The notes beneath the pieces were generated by a model, which did not search any database, had not been told where the DNA came from, and saw nothing but the letters and a program-made list of their open reading frames with translations. Shown in pieces: positions 32,036 to 41,524 of a stretch of DNA of 64,000 nt. Position numbers and translations under genes: made by a program. This stretch comes from Sedimentisphaerales bacterium (lineage in GTDB: Bacteria; Planctomycetota; Phycisphaerae; Sedimentisphaerales; Anaerobacaceae): contig OY970194.1 of NCBI GenBank assembly GCA_963708075.1, positions 2,592,001 through 2,656,000 of the forward strand, read 5' to 3'. Position 1 is the first letter of the stretch. Every line of letters starts with the position of its first letter.

Positions 32036-35000
32036 TTATGCCGCGGCGGTTTCGCTGCTGTATTCGTCGAAGCGGACGGCGATCTTCTTGCTGACACCCT
32101 GCTGCTGCATCGTGATGCCGAACAGCACCTGGGCAATGCTCATCGTCCGCTTGGAGTGCGTGATCACGACGAACTGGCTGTCGATCCCGAAATTGCGCAG
32201 GAGCATGTCGAATCGCTCATTATTCGCCTCATCCAGTGCGGCGTCCACCTCGTCGAGGAAACAGAACGGCGAGGGCTTTGTGCGGAAGACCGCGAACAGC
32301 AGCGCCAGGGCGGTCATGGATTTCTCGCCGCCGCTGAGCAGTGAGATGCTCCGCGTCTCCTTGCCGGGCGGGCGGGCGATGACCTCGATGCCCGCTTCGA
32401 GCACGTCGTCAGACTGCTCAAGCACGATGTCGGCCTTGCCACCACCGAAGAGCTTGCGGAAAATCTGCTGGAAATTCACGCGGATCTGCTCGAACGTCTC
32501 GACGAATTTGTCCCGGCTCTGCTTGTTGAGCTTGGTGATGAGCTGCTGGAGCTGATTCTTGCTCTGCGTGAGGTCTTCCACCTGGGTGGCCAGGAAGTTG
32601 TGCCGTTCTTCCAGCGTCTCCTGCTCAGCGATGGCATCGAGGTTCACGTTGCCGAGCCGCTCGATCCTGCCCCGCAGATCCATGATCTCGGCCTTCACCT
32701 GCTCCCAGTCCACGTCGCCGGTCGTGCGGTTGGCGAACGCCTCCGCCAGATCGATCTGCAACTCGTCGCGCACCCGCGCGACCAGGTCCTGCTGGCGGAC
32801 ATCCAACTGGCCGAGCTCGACTCGCAACTCGCCGATCTTGTGCTCGACCTCGGCTTTCTGGGATCGCTTCGAACGGACAAGCTCATCGTTGTGCTTCTGT
32901 TCGGCGACGAGCTGCTCCAGCTCCTCCTGCAACGTCCGGCTGCCTTGCTGGGCGGTTTCCTTCTCGACGTACAACTCAGAGACGTGGGACTCGCACTGAA
33001 GGATGTCCCTCTGGGCCTCGACGAGTTGCCCGCCGCACACCTGCACGTCGTCCTCCGCGGCGGCCAGCGTCTGCAGGCTCGCCTGGATCTGGCCATGCAG
33101 CCGCTCGATGATCTGCCGCAAGCCCTTCTGTTGTTCGATGACCTGGCCCAACTGGACCTTCAAGTCGGTCAAGTCCTGCATCCGGCCCTGCTGCATCTCC
33201 TTGAGCCCATGGTAGCGAATCTCGATCTCCTCGATGCGCGCCTTGCGCTCGCGGTTCACGGTCTCCAGTTCGTTCAGGCGCTGCTTGGACTCATATTCCT
33301 TCTGCACAGACTGGGCGATTTCCGCCTCCAGCGAGCCGATCTCGCCGGCGATCAGCGGTTCCTCCTCTTTCAGCCGCTTGACGTCGCGCTCGTAGACTGC
33401 CAGCTTGGACGTTGCCTGCATCTTCTCCGTATTCGCCTCGTAGATCGCGGTGCGCAGGTCCTTGCACAGCTTTTCCAGGTGGGCCTTCGTCTGGGTGTTT
33501 CGCTGGATATGACTCTCCAGTTGCGCGATCTCGGCATTGATACCCGCGATCGTCTCCTCCAACTGATTCATGCGGCTTCGGCGGGAGATCAGGCCAGTCG
33601 CCTTGCCCAGCGGCCCGAGACGAACCAGGCCTTCCCGGCTGAGGCACTCGCCGTTGAGCGTGACGAATGTGTAACCCGCCCGTGTGTAGTCGCTCAGTTG
33701 CAGTGCCGCATCGAGCGAATCTACGACGATGGTCTTACCGAGCAGGCACCAAGCCAGCGGGGCGTACTTGCTCTTGAACCGGACGAACTCGACAAGCCGC
33801 CCCTTCACGAAGGGGTACGCCGAGAAATCCGCGTCATCGACGAACGGCTCCGGGCAATCCAGGCCGCGGAACTGCACGCGCCCCTCCAGGTTCGACAGGG
33901 TCTGCCCATCCTGCAGGAGCACAGCCACATCCCTGACCAGCAGCACGTCGGTCAATCCCTCCAGGGCCGCTTCCACCGCCCCGGCGTATGCGACATCCGT
34001 AACGATCTTTTCCGCGAGAATGCCGTCGATGTAGTCGCGCCGGCGGCTCTCGTCGTTCTGCGTTTTGACGATGCTCTTGACGGCGTTGCCGAGCCCTTCG
34101 TACCGGCGTTCCATGTCCGTCAGGACCGCCAGCTCGCTGCTCAGAGCGCTGCGGGCCTCCTTGCTGTGAGCCAGCCGCTTGCCGTCCTCAGCGATCAGGG
34201 TCTCCGCCTCCTCGATTTTCTGCCGCTTGGACTCCAGATTCTGTTCGAGCTCTTCGAGCACGCGGGCGATGTCCCCCATCCGCGCGTTGTATTGGGCCTT
34301 TTCCGTCAGGACCCGTTCGAGTTCCGCCTTGGCCAACTCAGCGCGGCTGGCCAGCCGATCCCGCTGATTCGACAGGCTCGTGCGATAGTTGGAGATGCTC
34401 TGAATTTCGTTGTGGAGTTGGGCCGTGCGACGGACGATATCGATGATCCCCGATTTCTCGTCCTCGAGTTCCGCCTCCAGAGAGACCAGTTGCGCATCGG
34501 CCTCACGGGTAATCTTCTGGACTTCCTCGATCGCCTCGGTCTTCTCAGCGACGACACGGTCGCAATCACCCAGTTCGTCGCGATGACGCCCCAGGTCCGC
34601 CTTGAGCGCATCACCCTGCCCTCGCAGCCGTTCAATCTCCTGCACTGCCGCCGCCCTTCGCTGCTCCAGCTCGGCGATGCGGGAGCGGAGGAAATCGATT
34701 CGCTGGATCTTCTGGTCGATCTTGCTCTGAATGGAGACGAGGGCATTTCCGGTCTCGCTGAGCTTATGCTCCTTATCGATGATCTCGTTTCCGAGCCGGC
34801 TGACGGCGGCTTCGGCCCCCGCTTCCTCCGCGGCGGCGGCCGAGAAGAGATCCTCCGCATGGCGAAGCGCCTCGCCCCGGGAATCGAGTTGTTCCTTGTT
34901 CCGCGAGTACTCGACGAGCGAGTAATTGACCTGAAGCTCCTTGAGCTTCTGTGTGTATTCGAGGTAGTTGCGGGCCTTGCCGGCCTGGAGTTTGACGCTG

Positions 35001-35620
35001 CGCAGCCGCTTGGCCACTTCCGCCAAGATGTCGGCCAGGCGAAGCAGATTCTGCTCGGTATGTTCGAGCTTACGCAGGGCCTCTTTCTTGTGGGCCTTGT
35101 ACTTACTGATGCCGGCGGCCTCTTCGAACACAATCCGCCGATCCTCCTTCGAGGCACTGACGAGTTTCTCCACCTGGCCCTGCTCGATGATGGAGTAGGC
35201 CCTGGTGGCGACGCCGGTGTCCATGAACAGCTCGCGGATGTCTTTCAGGCGACAGACTTTGTTGTTGATTCGGTACTCGTTCTCGCCGCTGCGGTAGATG
35301 CGCCGGGAGATCTGGACTTGCTCGGTGTCGATAGGCAACCGGCCGCTGGCGCTGCCCTGCGGATTGGAAAGGATCAGTGTCACTTCCGCCGAGCCAAGCG
35401 GTTTGCGGCTGCCGCTGCCGCCGAAGATCACGTCGGCCATCTGGTCGCTGCGAAGGCTCTTTACCTTCTGCTCGCCCAGGACCCACTTGACCGCGTCCAC
35501 CACGTTGCTCTTGCCGCACCCGTTAGGTCCGACAATCCCCGTGATGGCAGCATCAAAATTGAATTCCGTTCTATCCGCAAAGCTCTTGAAGCCGTCAAGT
35601 ACGATTTTCTCCAGTCGCAT
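32036..35620 (-). CDS. smc: Chromosome segregation protein SMC
   Basis: GFKSF, Walker A GPNGCGKSN, long coiled coils with hinge, LLSGGE, Walker B FLDEVDAALD, ITH. Confidence 0.97.
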   Translation of the reverse strand: MRLEKIVLDGFKSFADRTEFNFDAAITGIVGPNGCGKSNVVDAVKWVLGEQKVKSLRSDQMADVIFGGSGSRKPLGSAEVTLILSNPQGSASGRLPIDTEQVQISRRIYRSGENEYRINNKVCRLKDIRELFMDTGVATRAYSIIEQGQVEKLVSASKEDRRIVFEEAAGISKYKAHKKEALRKLEHTEQNLLRLADILAEVAKRLRSVKLQAGKARNYLEYTQKLKELQVNYSLVEYSRNKEQLDSRGEALRHAEDLFSAAAAEEAGAEAAVSRLGNEIIDKEHKLSETGNALVSIQSKIDQKIQRIDFLRSRIAELEQRRAAAVQEIERLRGQGDALKADLGRHRDELGDCDRVVAEKTEAIEEVQKITREADAQLVSLEAELEDEKSGIIDIVRRTAQLHNEIQSISNYRTSLSNQRDRLASRAELAKAELERVLTEKAQYNARMGDIARVLEELEQNLESKRQKIEEAETLIAEDGKRLAHSKEARSALSSELAVLTDMERRYEGLGNAVKSIVKTQNDESRRRDYIDGILAEKIVTDVAYAGAVEAALEGLTDVLLVRDVAVLLQDGQTLSNLEGRVQFRGLDCPEPFVDDADFSAYPFVKGRLVEFVRFKSKYAPLAWCLLGKTIVVDSLDAALQLSDYTRAGYTFVTLNGECLSREGLVRLGPLGKATGLISRRSRMNQLEETIAGINAEIAQLESHIQRNTQTKAHLEKLCKDLRTAIYEANTEKMQATSKLAVYERDVKRLKEEEPLIAGEIGSLEAEIAQSVQKEYESKQRLNELETVNRERKARIEEIEIRYHGLKEMQQGRMQDLTDLKVQLGQVIEQQKGLRQIIERLHGQIQASLQTLAAAEDDVQVCGGQLVEAQRDILQCESHVSELYVEKETAQQGSRTLQEELEQLVAEQKHNDELVRSKRSQKAEVEHKIGELRVELGQLDVRQQDLVARVRDELQIDLAEAFANRTTGDVDWEQVKAEIMDLRGRIERLGNVNLDAIAEQETLEERHNFLATQVEDLTQSKNQLQQLITKLNKQSRDKFVETFEQIRVNFQQIFRKLFGGGKADIVLEQSDDVLEAGIEVIARPPGKETRSISLLSGGEKSMTALALLFAVFRTKPSPFCFLDEVDAALDEANNERFDMLLRNFGIDSQFVVITHSKRTMSIAQVLFGITMQQQGVSKKIAVRFDEYSSETAAA

Positions 35621-35714
35621 CGTCTATCCAAAAACTCACAGGTTCAAAAAAGACACCGCTCCTTCGGGTGCGGCTTGGGAACACCACGTTACTATATTAT
35701 CGGCCTACCGCCAC

Positions 35715-37338
35715 TCATTTCTTGATTATTAGACCCGGTTTCGGGAGAGGACCGGCCCAGAACTCCGCGGTCACCATATCTTTGGCCGTCAACTGCTGCA
35801 GCAGGACAATCACGTCCGAATAGGACACGTCGAGGCCGGGGGGCCCTCCGTCCCTCGCCTTCGCCGATTCTGCTCCGAGAGTCCGGATGATCTCCGCCAA
35901 ATCGAAGCCGGTATGCAGCGGCTCGATGGGCCCGGGTCGTGTGGAATGTCTGCGGATGAGCGAGACATACTCCTGACCGGGCTGCGAATTCACCATCACC
36001 ATGCCGTCCGACGACTCCACAAACAGCTCCTTCCGACACCTCAGTGGTGGGCCGAACAGGACGATCCGGGGATCGCCGCTGCGTGCAACATAGATCGCCT
36101 GGCGATCGGTCTGGACCACGTGCTCGATATAGAAGCTGCGCCCGACACGTTCCTGCATGATGGCCGGGTCATTCATGTCCCGCAGGCGTTCATAGGCGCC
36201 GATCACAATCGCAGTGTCACGATCGCCCAGCAGCCGCTGGGCCAGCGCCGCCGCATCGTTTCGCGATGCGCCGAGCACCAGAGCATCGAGCGCCTCCAGA
36301 CGGCGCTGCGACTTCGGGTCCAGGGCGATCTCCTGCAGCATCCCGAAACCACGGTCATCGTCGAGGTTCAGCATGCACCGGGCCGCTCGCAGACGGACCT
36401 CCTCGTCCGAGGCGTTGAGCAGGCCGGCCAGTTTGCTCAGACTCTCACGTCCCAACGCCTCCAGCGCGATCTCGCTTTCGTCCTTCCTGTCGGACACCGC
36501 TAACCGGTGGACCAGCGTATTGACCCGGGCGTCGATCAACTCGCGTGTCTGATCCAGGTACGTGGCACCGATCATCGAGATGAACCACAGCTTTCGCTGG
36601 CGGTATTTGGCGGGGATGCGGAACCCAATTATGTTCGGCGATAGGGCTTCGGCGGTGCCCGGGCCATAGCGCTCGTTCAGGCGGTTGCGAATCCCGCTGG
36701 TCAGCAGGTAATTGGTCTTGCGCAAAGACATGCCGCCCTGGTAGTCCCTGACCGCCCGGCCGCCGCCGAGGATGTACCCTTCCCTCAGGTCGGGCTTGCT
36801 CACGCCGATCATGTTAGTAAATACGGGGCCCTCGACAGTCGCCAGGGTCCTGGCCGCGGTGCCCACCTTGCCTGCCGGCATCAACTCGGCTTTGTACAGC
36901 CATCCGCCGTGGAGAGAGGTCGCCTCCGATCCGGCTAGGCAGAGAGACCCGCACGTCGAAAGGCTCTTTTTGGTGTGCAGCAGCGGGAAGAGCCGCTTCC
37001 AGCCGCACCACGGCTGTATCCTTGCTGTCTATTAGTTTATCGAAGTCATACCCGCCCGCAGGCAGTTGCATCCGGATGTATCGCTTGAGATACTCCCGGA
37101 TCGCCGCGGGGCAATCCGCCGAGCCTGTGCCGGGCAGCCCTCCCACCAGGCCGAACCCCTCCACGGCCACGGGTTCGGACGCCGCCACCTTCGCTACAGA
37201 ACTGATCCGTGTACCCAGCTTGCTCTCCGGCACCACCCCGATGGAGTCGGCGGCACTCTCCTCATGCCGGCAACCGGCAAGCAGGCACGCGAACAGCACG
37301 CCCACCAGATAGAACAGTTTCCCGTAATGATTGCTCAT
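35715..37338 (-). CDS. FlgI (P-ring)-like lipoprotein with HEAT repeats; apparent +1 frameshift at ~36938
   Basis: Lipobox LLAGC; FlgI-like VEGFGLVGGLPGTGS, TAVVRLEA, FDVRVS, ATSLHGGWL (after correction), GYILGGG; HEAT-like repeats. Confidence 0.75.
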
Positions 37339-37467
37339 ACCACCGGATATCGCCCAAATAGCCGCTTTCGAATGAGACAAACTTGGACGGATGGTACCGC
37401 ATTATAGGACGTGCGTCAAGAGCGGTTGCAGGGCTGGAGGCCGCATGGACCGCCCGCCTCGCAGATT

Positions 37468-37526
37468 GGTCCCATTCGTCCTATAGGTCCAAATGGACAG
37501 AGTGGACCTATAGGACGAATAGGACC
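37468..37526. repeat. Inverted repeat built of 9-nt units (GGACCTATA/GGACGAATA)
   Basis: Perfect 18-bp arms 37474-37491 / 37503-37520, extendable by 6 bp with one mismatch. Confidence 0.8.
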
Positions 37527-37548
37527 TATAAGTGCCGAAGCCTGCGCC

Positions 37549-37701
37549 CTACTCCCCCATGATCTGACAGATGACCGTGCGATTGCGGGATCGGGTGTCG
37601 AAGTCTACCAGAATAATCTGCTGCCACGTACCCAGGGTCAGCCGGCCATCGACAAACGGCACACTCAGCGATGGGCCAAGCAGCGAGGCACGCACATGGG
37701 A
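37549..37701 (-). pseudogene. yjbQ: 3' fragment of a YjbQ/UPF0047-family gene
   Basis: SHVRASLLGPSLSVPFVDGRLTLGTWQQIILVDFDTRSRNRTVICQIMGE*; the 5' part is missing and there is an in-frame stop at 37735. Confidence 0.8.
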
Positions 37702-37734
37702 GCTATCGGCCGGCACCTGTTGCCGGTGCGACTT

Positions 37735-38295
37735 TCAGGCTGGTTTCATGTGCAGCCAATAGGCGGGGAAGGTCGTCAGGACCCAGATGCCGGCGGCAGC
37801 CAGTACAACCAGAATACCAATGATGCGGAGACCGCGAACGTCGGGCCACCGCAGTACTGCAACCGCTCCCGCGCCGCTCAGACCGGTAAGGATGAAGCCG
37901 AGCCCGGGCATGATGGGGCCCGGAGTTAAGGACAAGTGGATGATTCGGATGCCCAGCAGGATAGCTGCCAAGCCAGGCAAGAAGGCGTAATACCCCAGGG
38001 GCAGGAGCCTCCATCCGGCCGCCAGGGCCCAAGCCGCTCCAAGAAACAGCACGCCCAACAGGACCGACATCTCGCCATACGCCATGCTGAACGGCGCGGG
38101 GAGCGGCCACGTGAACGCCATCGCAAAGCCGGCGATTGTAGCCACCAGGCCGGAGATTCCGAATGCCGGCGCCCAGCTTCGGTTGTCGGGTCGATTCAGC
38201 CCCCACCAGAGAAAAGAGGCCAGTACAACCAGGGCGGCGGTCATGTTGATCAGGAGCAGCGTTACATAGTCGATCATCGGTCTGCCGCCATTCAT
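37735..38295 (-). CDS. DUF981-like membrane protein
   Basis: About six TM helices, IDYVTLLL start, FTWPLPAPFSMAYGE motif. Confidence 0.7.
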   Translation of the reverse strand: MNGGRPMIDYVTLLLINMTAALVVLASFLWWGLNRPDNRSWAPAFGISGLVATIAGFAMAFTWPLPAPFSMAYGEMSVLLGVLFLGAAWALAAGWRLLPLGYYAFLPGLAAILLGIRIIHLSLTPGPIMPGLGFILTGLSGAGAVAVLRWPDVRGLRIIGILVVLAAAGIWVLTTFPAYWLHMKPA

Positions 38296-38564
38296 ATTAC
38301 ACCCCTTTCAGGTCCCCCTGCTCAGTCTCCTGTACGGCCGTGACGGCAAGCGGTCTATAGGGGAATTACTGCAGCCTCCATTGCCCCGGCCCGAACGCAA
38401 TCGCCACTTATCAACTCATGCAGCATCGCCCTATGACAGATTAGGGGTATTGCCTATGTTGCAGCGTGTCCGAGTACACTACTATGCACTCTCAGTTCGG
38501 CATCAGACCCAGACTGAGCCACGGATGGCAACCGAACCGCAAAGGGGAGTTGGAGAGCAGAGAT

Positions 38565-38763
38565 ATGCATACGACTCACAAAGAGAACACTGCCGTCAGG
38601 CCTCAACGGAGGGGGCAAGACGTGTCGTGCCCGAGATGCTCCTCGGCCATGGTGGAGAACCGATCGCATCGTCGAGAACGGCTTTGCATATATCTGGTAC
38701 GAGTGCAGTGAGGTGGATTGCACGGAGCAGTGGCTGGCGAAGCGGCCGGCGATGGCGGGATAG
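38565..38763 (+). CDS. Small Zn-ribbon protein (65 aa after removing one A at ~38658)
   Basis: Corrected translation MHTTHKENTAVRPQRRGQDVSCPRCSSAMVETDRIVENGFAYIWYECSEVDCTEQWLAKRPAMAG (CxxC...CxxxxC); GGAG upstream. Confidence 0.6.
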
Positions 38764-39199
38764 ATCGCCGGCGTCGCTTCCCGGGCCGAAGTTCCAGCCG
38801 CATAAGGCTCGTCAGGGCGCATACGATAGAGTGCAGGAATGGAGTGAAACAGAGGCTACGCTACCCACGCGTGTTTCACGTGGCTGTCACAGCCGGGGTA
38901 TCCATGGAGGGCGGGGAGGGATCCCGGCTGATGCGCGAGGAGGGTGATGAGAGACCCAGCCTTCCCACGATCTTCACCTCGCGGGGAAGGCTTGCGCCAC
39001 TGCAGCACAATCAGGTTCCATCAAATTCCACACGGTTGGGCGGCGCTGCCAGACTCGTTGGATCGCACTCATTCGACGGAGCCTGATCATGTGAGACTCC
39101 ACGGGCAAACGAGTTGGCCCGAGCAGTGAGCGAGCCTGCAATGAGGTAGCACTCTGGAAACTCCGTCCTCGGTTGCTGAACTTGTCGTTGCAGGGTGTG

Positions 39200-40651
39200 T
39201 CAGCCGAGCCTGGCGAGCAGATCGTCGACGCGGACCGTGGCGAAACCCGTCGCCGCGTCGCTGATGCCGTAAGGGATAACCAGGGTCTTGTTGTGAACGA
39301 GACCGCCGCAGGAGTACACGACGTTCGGTACGTAGCCCGTGCGTTCGTCCGGCGCCGGAGCGAGCAGAGGCTGATCGAGCCGGCCGATCACCTTCGTCGG
39401 GTCCTTGAGGTCCAGCAGCATGGCGCCGATGCAGTAGCGGCGCATGGGTCCAACGCCATGCGTCAACAGAAGCCAGCCTGCCTCCGTCTCGATCGGCGAG
39501 CCGCAATTGCCGACCTGCACGAACTCCCACGAGTACCTGGGCCCCTCGATGGGCACCGCCTCGTTCCAGAGAAGCACGTCGTCCGATTTGAGCAGATAAA
39601 GGTTCTCGCCGTCGATTCGCGCGCTCATCATATACCGGCCGTCGATCTTGCGGGGAAACAGCGCCAGCCCTTTGTTGCGAGCGAAGTAGCCTCGCAGGGC
39701 GCGAATCCTCGCCAGGCTGGGCCGGGCCAGTTCGAACATCTGCGGGCGTATCCGCGCACCGTCGTAGGCGGTGTAGGTGCCGTAGTATCGCACTGAGCCG
39801 TCGTCATCGGTGAATCGCACGAGGCGCATGTCCTCCATGCCGCGGGATTCCGCCTGGCAAATGGGAAACAGGACGAGTTGCGTGATGTCCCCGCCGGGAA
39901 CCGTCTCGATGTCGTAGTCGCAGGAGGCGATCCATTCCGGGCTGTCGTACGCGTCTTCCTCGCCGGTCAAGCCTTCGAGCCTGTGCACCCTGTAGAGGTA
40001 GCGTCGCAACTGGTCCATGGTGAATGCATCGCCGCTCGGCCCGAGCACGGTCTCGGTAAACGTTTCGGGTACCCCCTTCTCCGTTACCCGGGGATGAGGT
40101 TTGACCTGGCTAAGCCGCAGTGGCTCCATCTTCCTGGCATGTTGATGGTACGGCCCGGCAGGCCTCATGCTGACATTGCCTGCTGCATCGATAATGCCCC
40201 GGCGGAAGATGATGGAGGAGATATGGCCTTCGCCGACGGTCCGCAGACTCATCGCAAACCGCAACGCCCCCGACGGCACGTCGGTCTGATCGATGTCCGG
40301 CGTCATGGACGGATTGAAGATGGCCGCCGAGGCAAAGGAGTACTCCAGTGTAAAATATGCCCCGATCAGCAGCTTCTTGTCATCGGACAGCCTGTCCGGC
40401 ACATTGATGCGCCGTGCTACCTGCTCGAAGTGGCCCCGGAAGATGTCCAGCAGGCCGTCGTGGAGGGGGCCGAAATCGGTCATTGTCGACGCCAGCAGAT
40501 GCGATGCCTGGGTGTCATCCAAGGCTAGAATGCGATCGACCAATCGCTTTGCACGCTCTGTACCGGCCCAGAATAGACGCGTGATTGTCAACTTGGGATC
40601 AGGGATCAGGCGAACAGGCAATCGCCTTACGACTAACGGTTCTTTGTCCAT
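39200..40651 (-). CDS. Glycoside hydrolase family 130 (mannoside phosphorylase/glycosidase)
   Basis: AAIFNPS, GEGHISSI, GMEDMRLV, YTAYDG, NKGLALFP, GNCGSP, GYVPNVVYSCG. Confidence 0.88.
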   Translation of the reverse strand: MDKEPLVVRRLPVRLIPDPKLTITRLFWAGTERAKRLVDRILALDDTQASHLLASTMTDFGPLHDGLLDIFRGHFEQVARRINVPDRLSDDKKLLIGAYFTLEYSFASAAIFNPSMTPDIDQTDVPSGALRFAMSLRTVGEGHISSIIFRRGIIDAAGNVSMRPAGPYHQHARKMEPLRLSQVKPHPRVTEKGVPETFTETVLGPSGDAFTMDQLRRYLYRVHRLEGLTGEEDAYDSPEWIASCDYDIETVPGGDITQLVLFPICQAESRGMEDMRLVRFTDDDGSVRYYGTYTAYDGARIRPQMFELARPSLARIRALRGYFARNKGLALFPRKIDGRYMMSARIDGENLYLLKSDDVLLWNEAVPIEGPRYSWEFVQVGNCGSPIETEAGWLLLTHGVGPMRRYCIGAMLLDLKDPTKVIGRLDQPLLAPAPDERTGYVPNVVYSCGGLVHNKTLVIPYGISDAATGFATVRVDDLLARLG

Positions 40652-40710
40652 GGCGTCAGACCTCACAATTCGAGCTACGCCAACCCCACTTTCCATGTTC
40701 GCCCATAGGA

Positions 40711-40739
40711 TTGAAATCCTTGCCATGCGCGTGTAGAAT
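40711..40739 (+). promoter_or_regulatory. sigma70 promoter, likely giving a leaderless mRNA
   Basis: TTGAAA-N17-TAGAAT; the ATG starts 7 nt after the -10. Confidence 0.6.
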
Positions 40740-40745
40740 GTGCAA

Positions 40746-41459
40746 ATGCCTCACAGGACTATGACCATTCAGGATGTGGCGAAACTGCTTGGCAGCGACG
40801 TGCACCGGGTCGAGCGGATGGCCAAGCGGGGAGAGATCCCTTGCCAGAAGATCGGCGGCCAGTTCCGCTTCAACCGCGCCGCAATCACCGAGTGGCTCCA
40901 GCAAAAGATGGGTGGCATGAGTCACGACCACCTGGCCGAGGTCGATGCGGGCATCACCACCCAGCGTCAGACACCGGAGGACGAGGCCATCATCACCCCC
41001 CTACTGCGGATTGAGGCAGTCAGCACGAACTTGGGCTCGCGGACGAAGAACAGTACCCTGCGCGAGCTGGTAGCCCTGGCGGAGAAGACCGGCCTGGTGC
41101 TCGACCTCCAGGCACTGCGGGAGGCGGTCATTCACCGCGAGGAGCTGTGCAGCACGGCCATCGAGCGAGGCGTCGCCATTCCGCACCCTCGCCGCCCGTT
41201 ACCCGAAGCGATCGCCGAGCCAATCCTCGTCGTCGCCAGAACAAGCCAGGGCATCGCCTTCGGCGCCCCTGACGGCCGCATGACCACGCTGTTCTTTCTG
41301 ACGGCCTCGCAGGATGACCGCCACCACCTGCACATCCTCGCCCGACTCTGCCGCATGCTCCGAGACGAGAAGTTCGTCGCCCGGTTGGAGGCGGCGGAAA
41401 CGCCCGGCGAAATGATCGACCTGATGAAACAGCGAGAGCTCGAGGTCATCTCCGAGTAA
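40746..41459 (+). CDS. HTH_17 + PTS EIIA (PtsN-like) regulatory protein
   Basis: Excisionase-like HTH (MTIQDVAKLL...GEIPCQKIGGQFRF) fused to EIIA (REELCSTAIERGVAIPHPR, FGAPDG, HLHILARL). Confidence 0.88.
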   Translation: MPHRTMTIQDVAKLLGSDVHRVERMAKRGEIPCQKIGGQFRFNRAAITEWLQQKMGGMSHDHLAEVDAGITTQRQTPEDEAIITPLLRIEAVSTNLGSRTKNSTLRELVALAEKTGLVLDLQALREAVIHREELCSTAIERGVAIPHPRRPLPEAIAEPILVVARTSQGIAFGAPDGRMTTLFFLTASQDDRHHLHILARLCRMLRDEKFVARLEAAETPGEMIDLMKQRELEVISE

Positions 41460-41524
41460 TCGCCACAGACGCGTGGAGGCTAACAGGCCGGACCAGCTTC
41501 AGAAAAGAAGATGAGTGGAGAGAT

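Noticed and set aside
32600..35725. 1041-aa plus-strand ORF, and similar long ORFs at 25103-27289, 42630-44264, 47209-49281 and 56661-58190
   Set aside because: Antisense shadows of well-supported genes; expected in high-GC DNA and lacking motifs.
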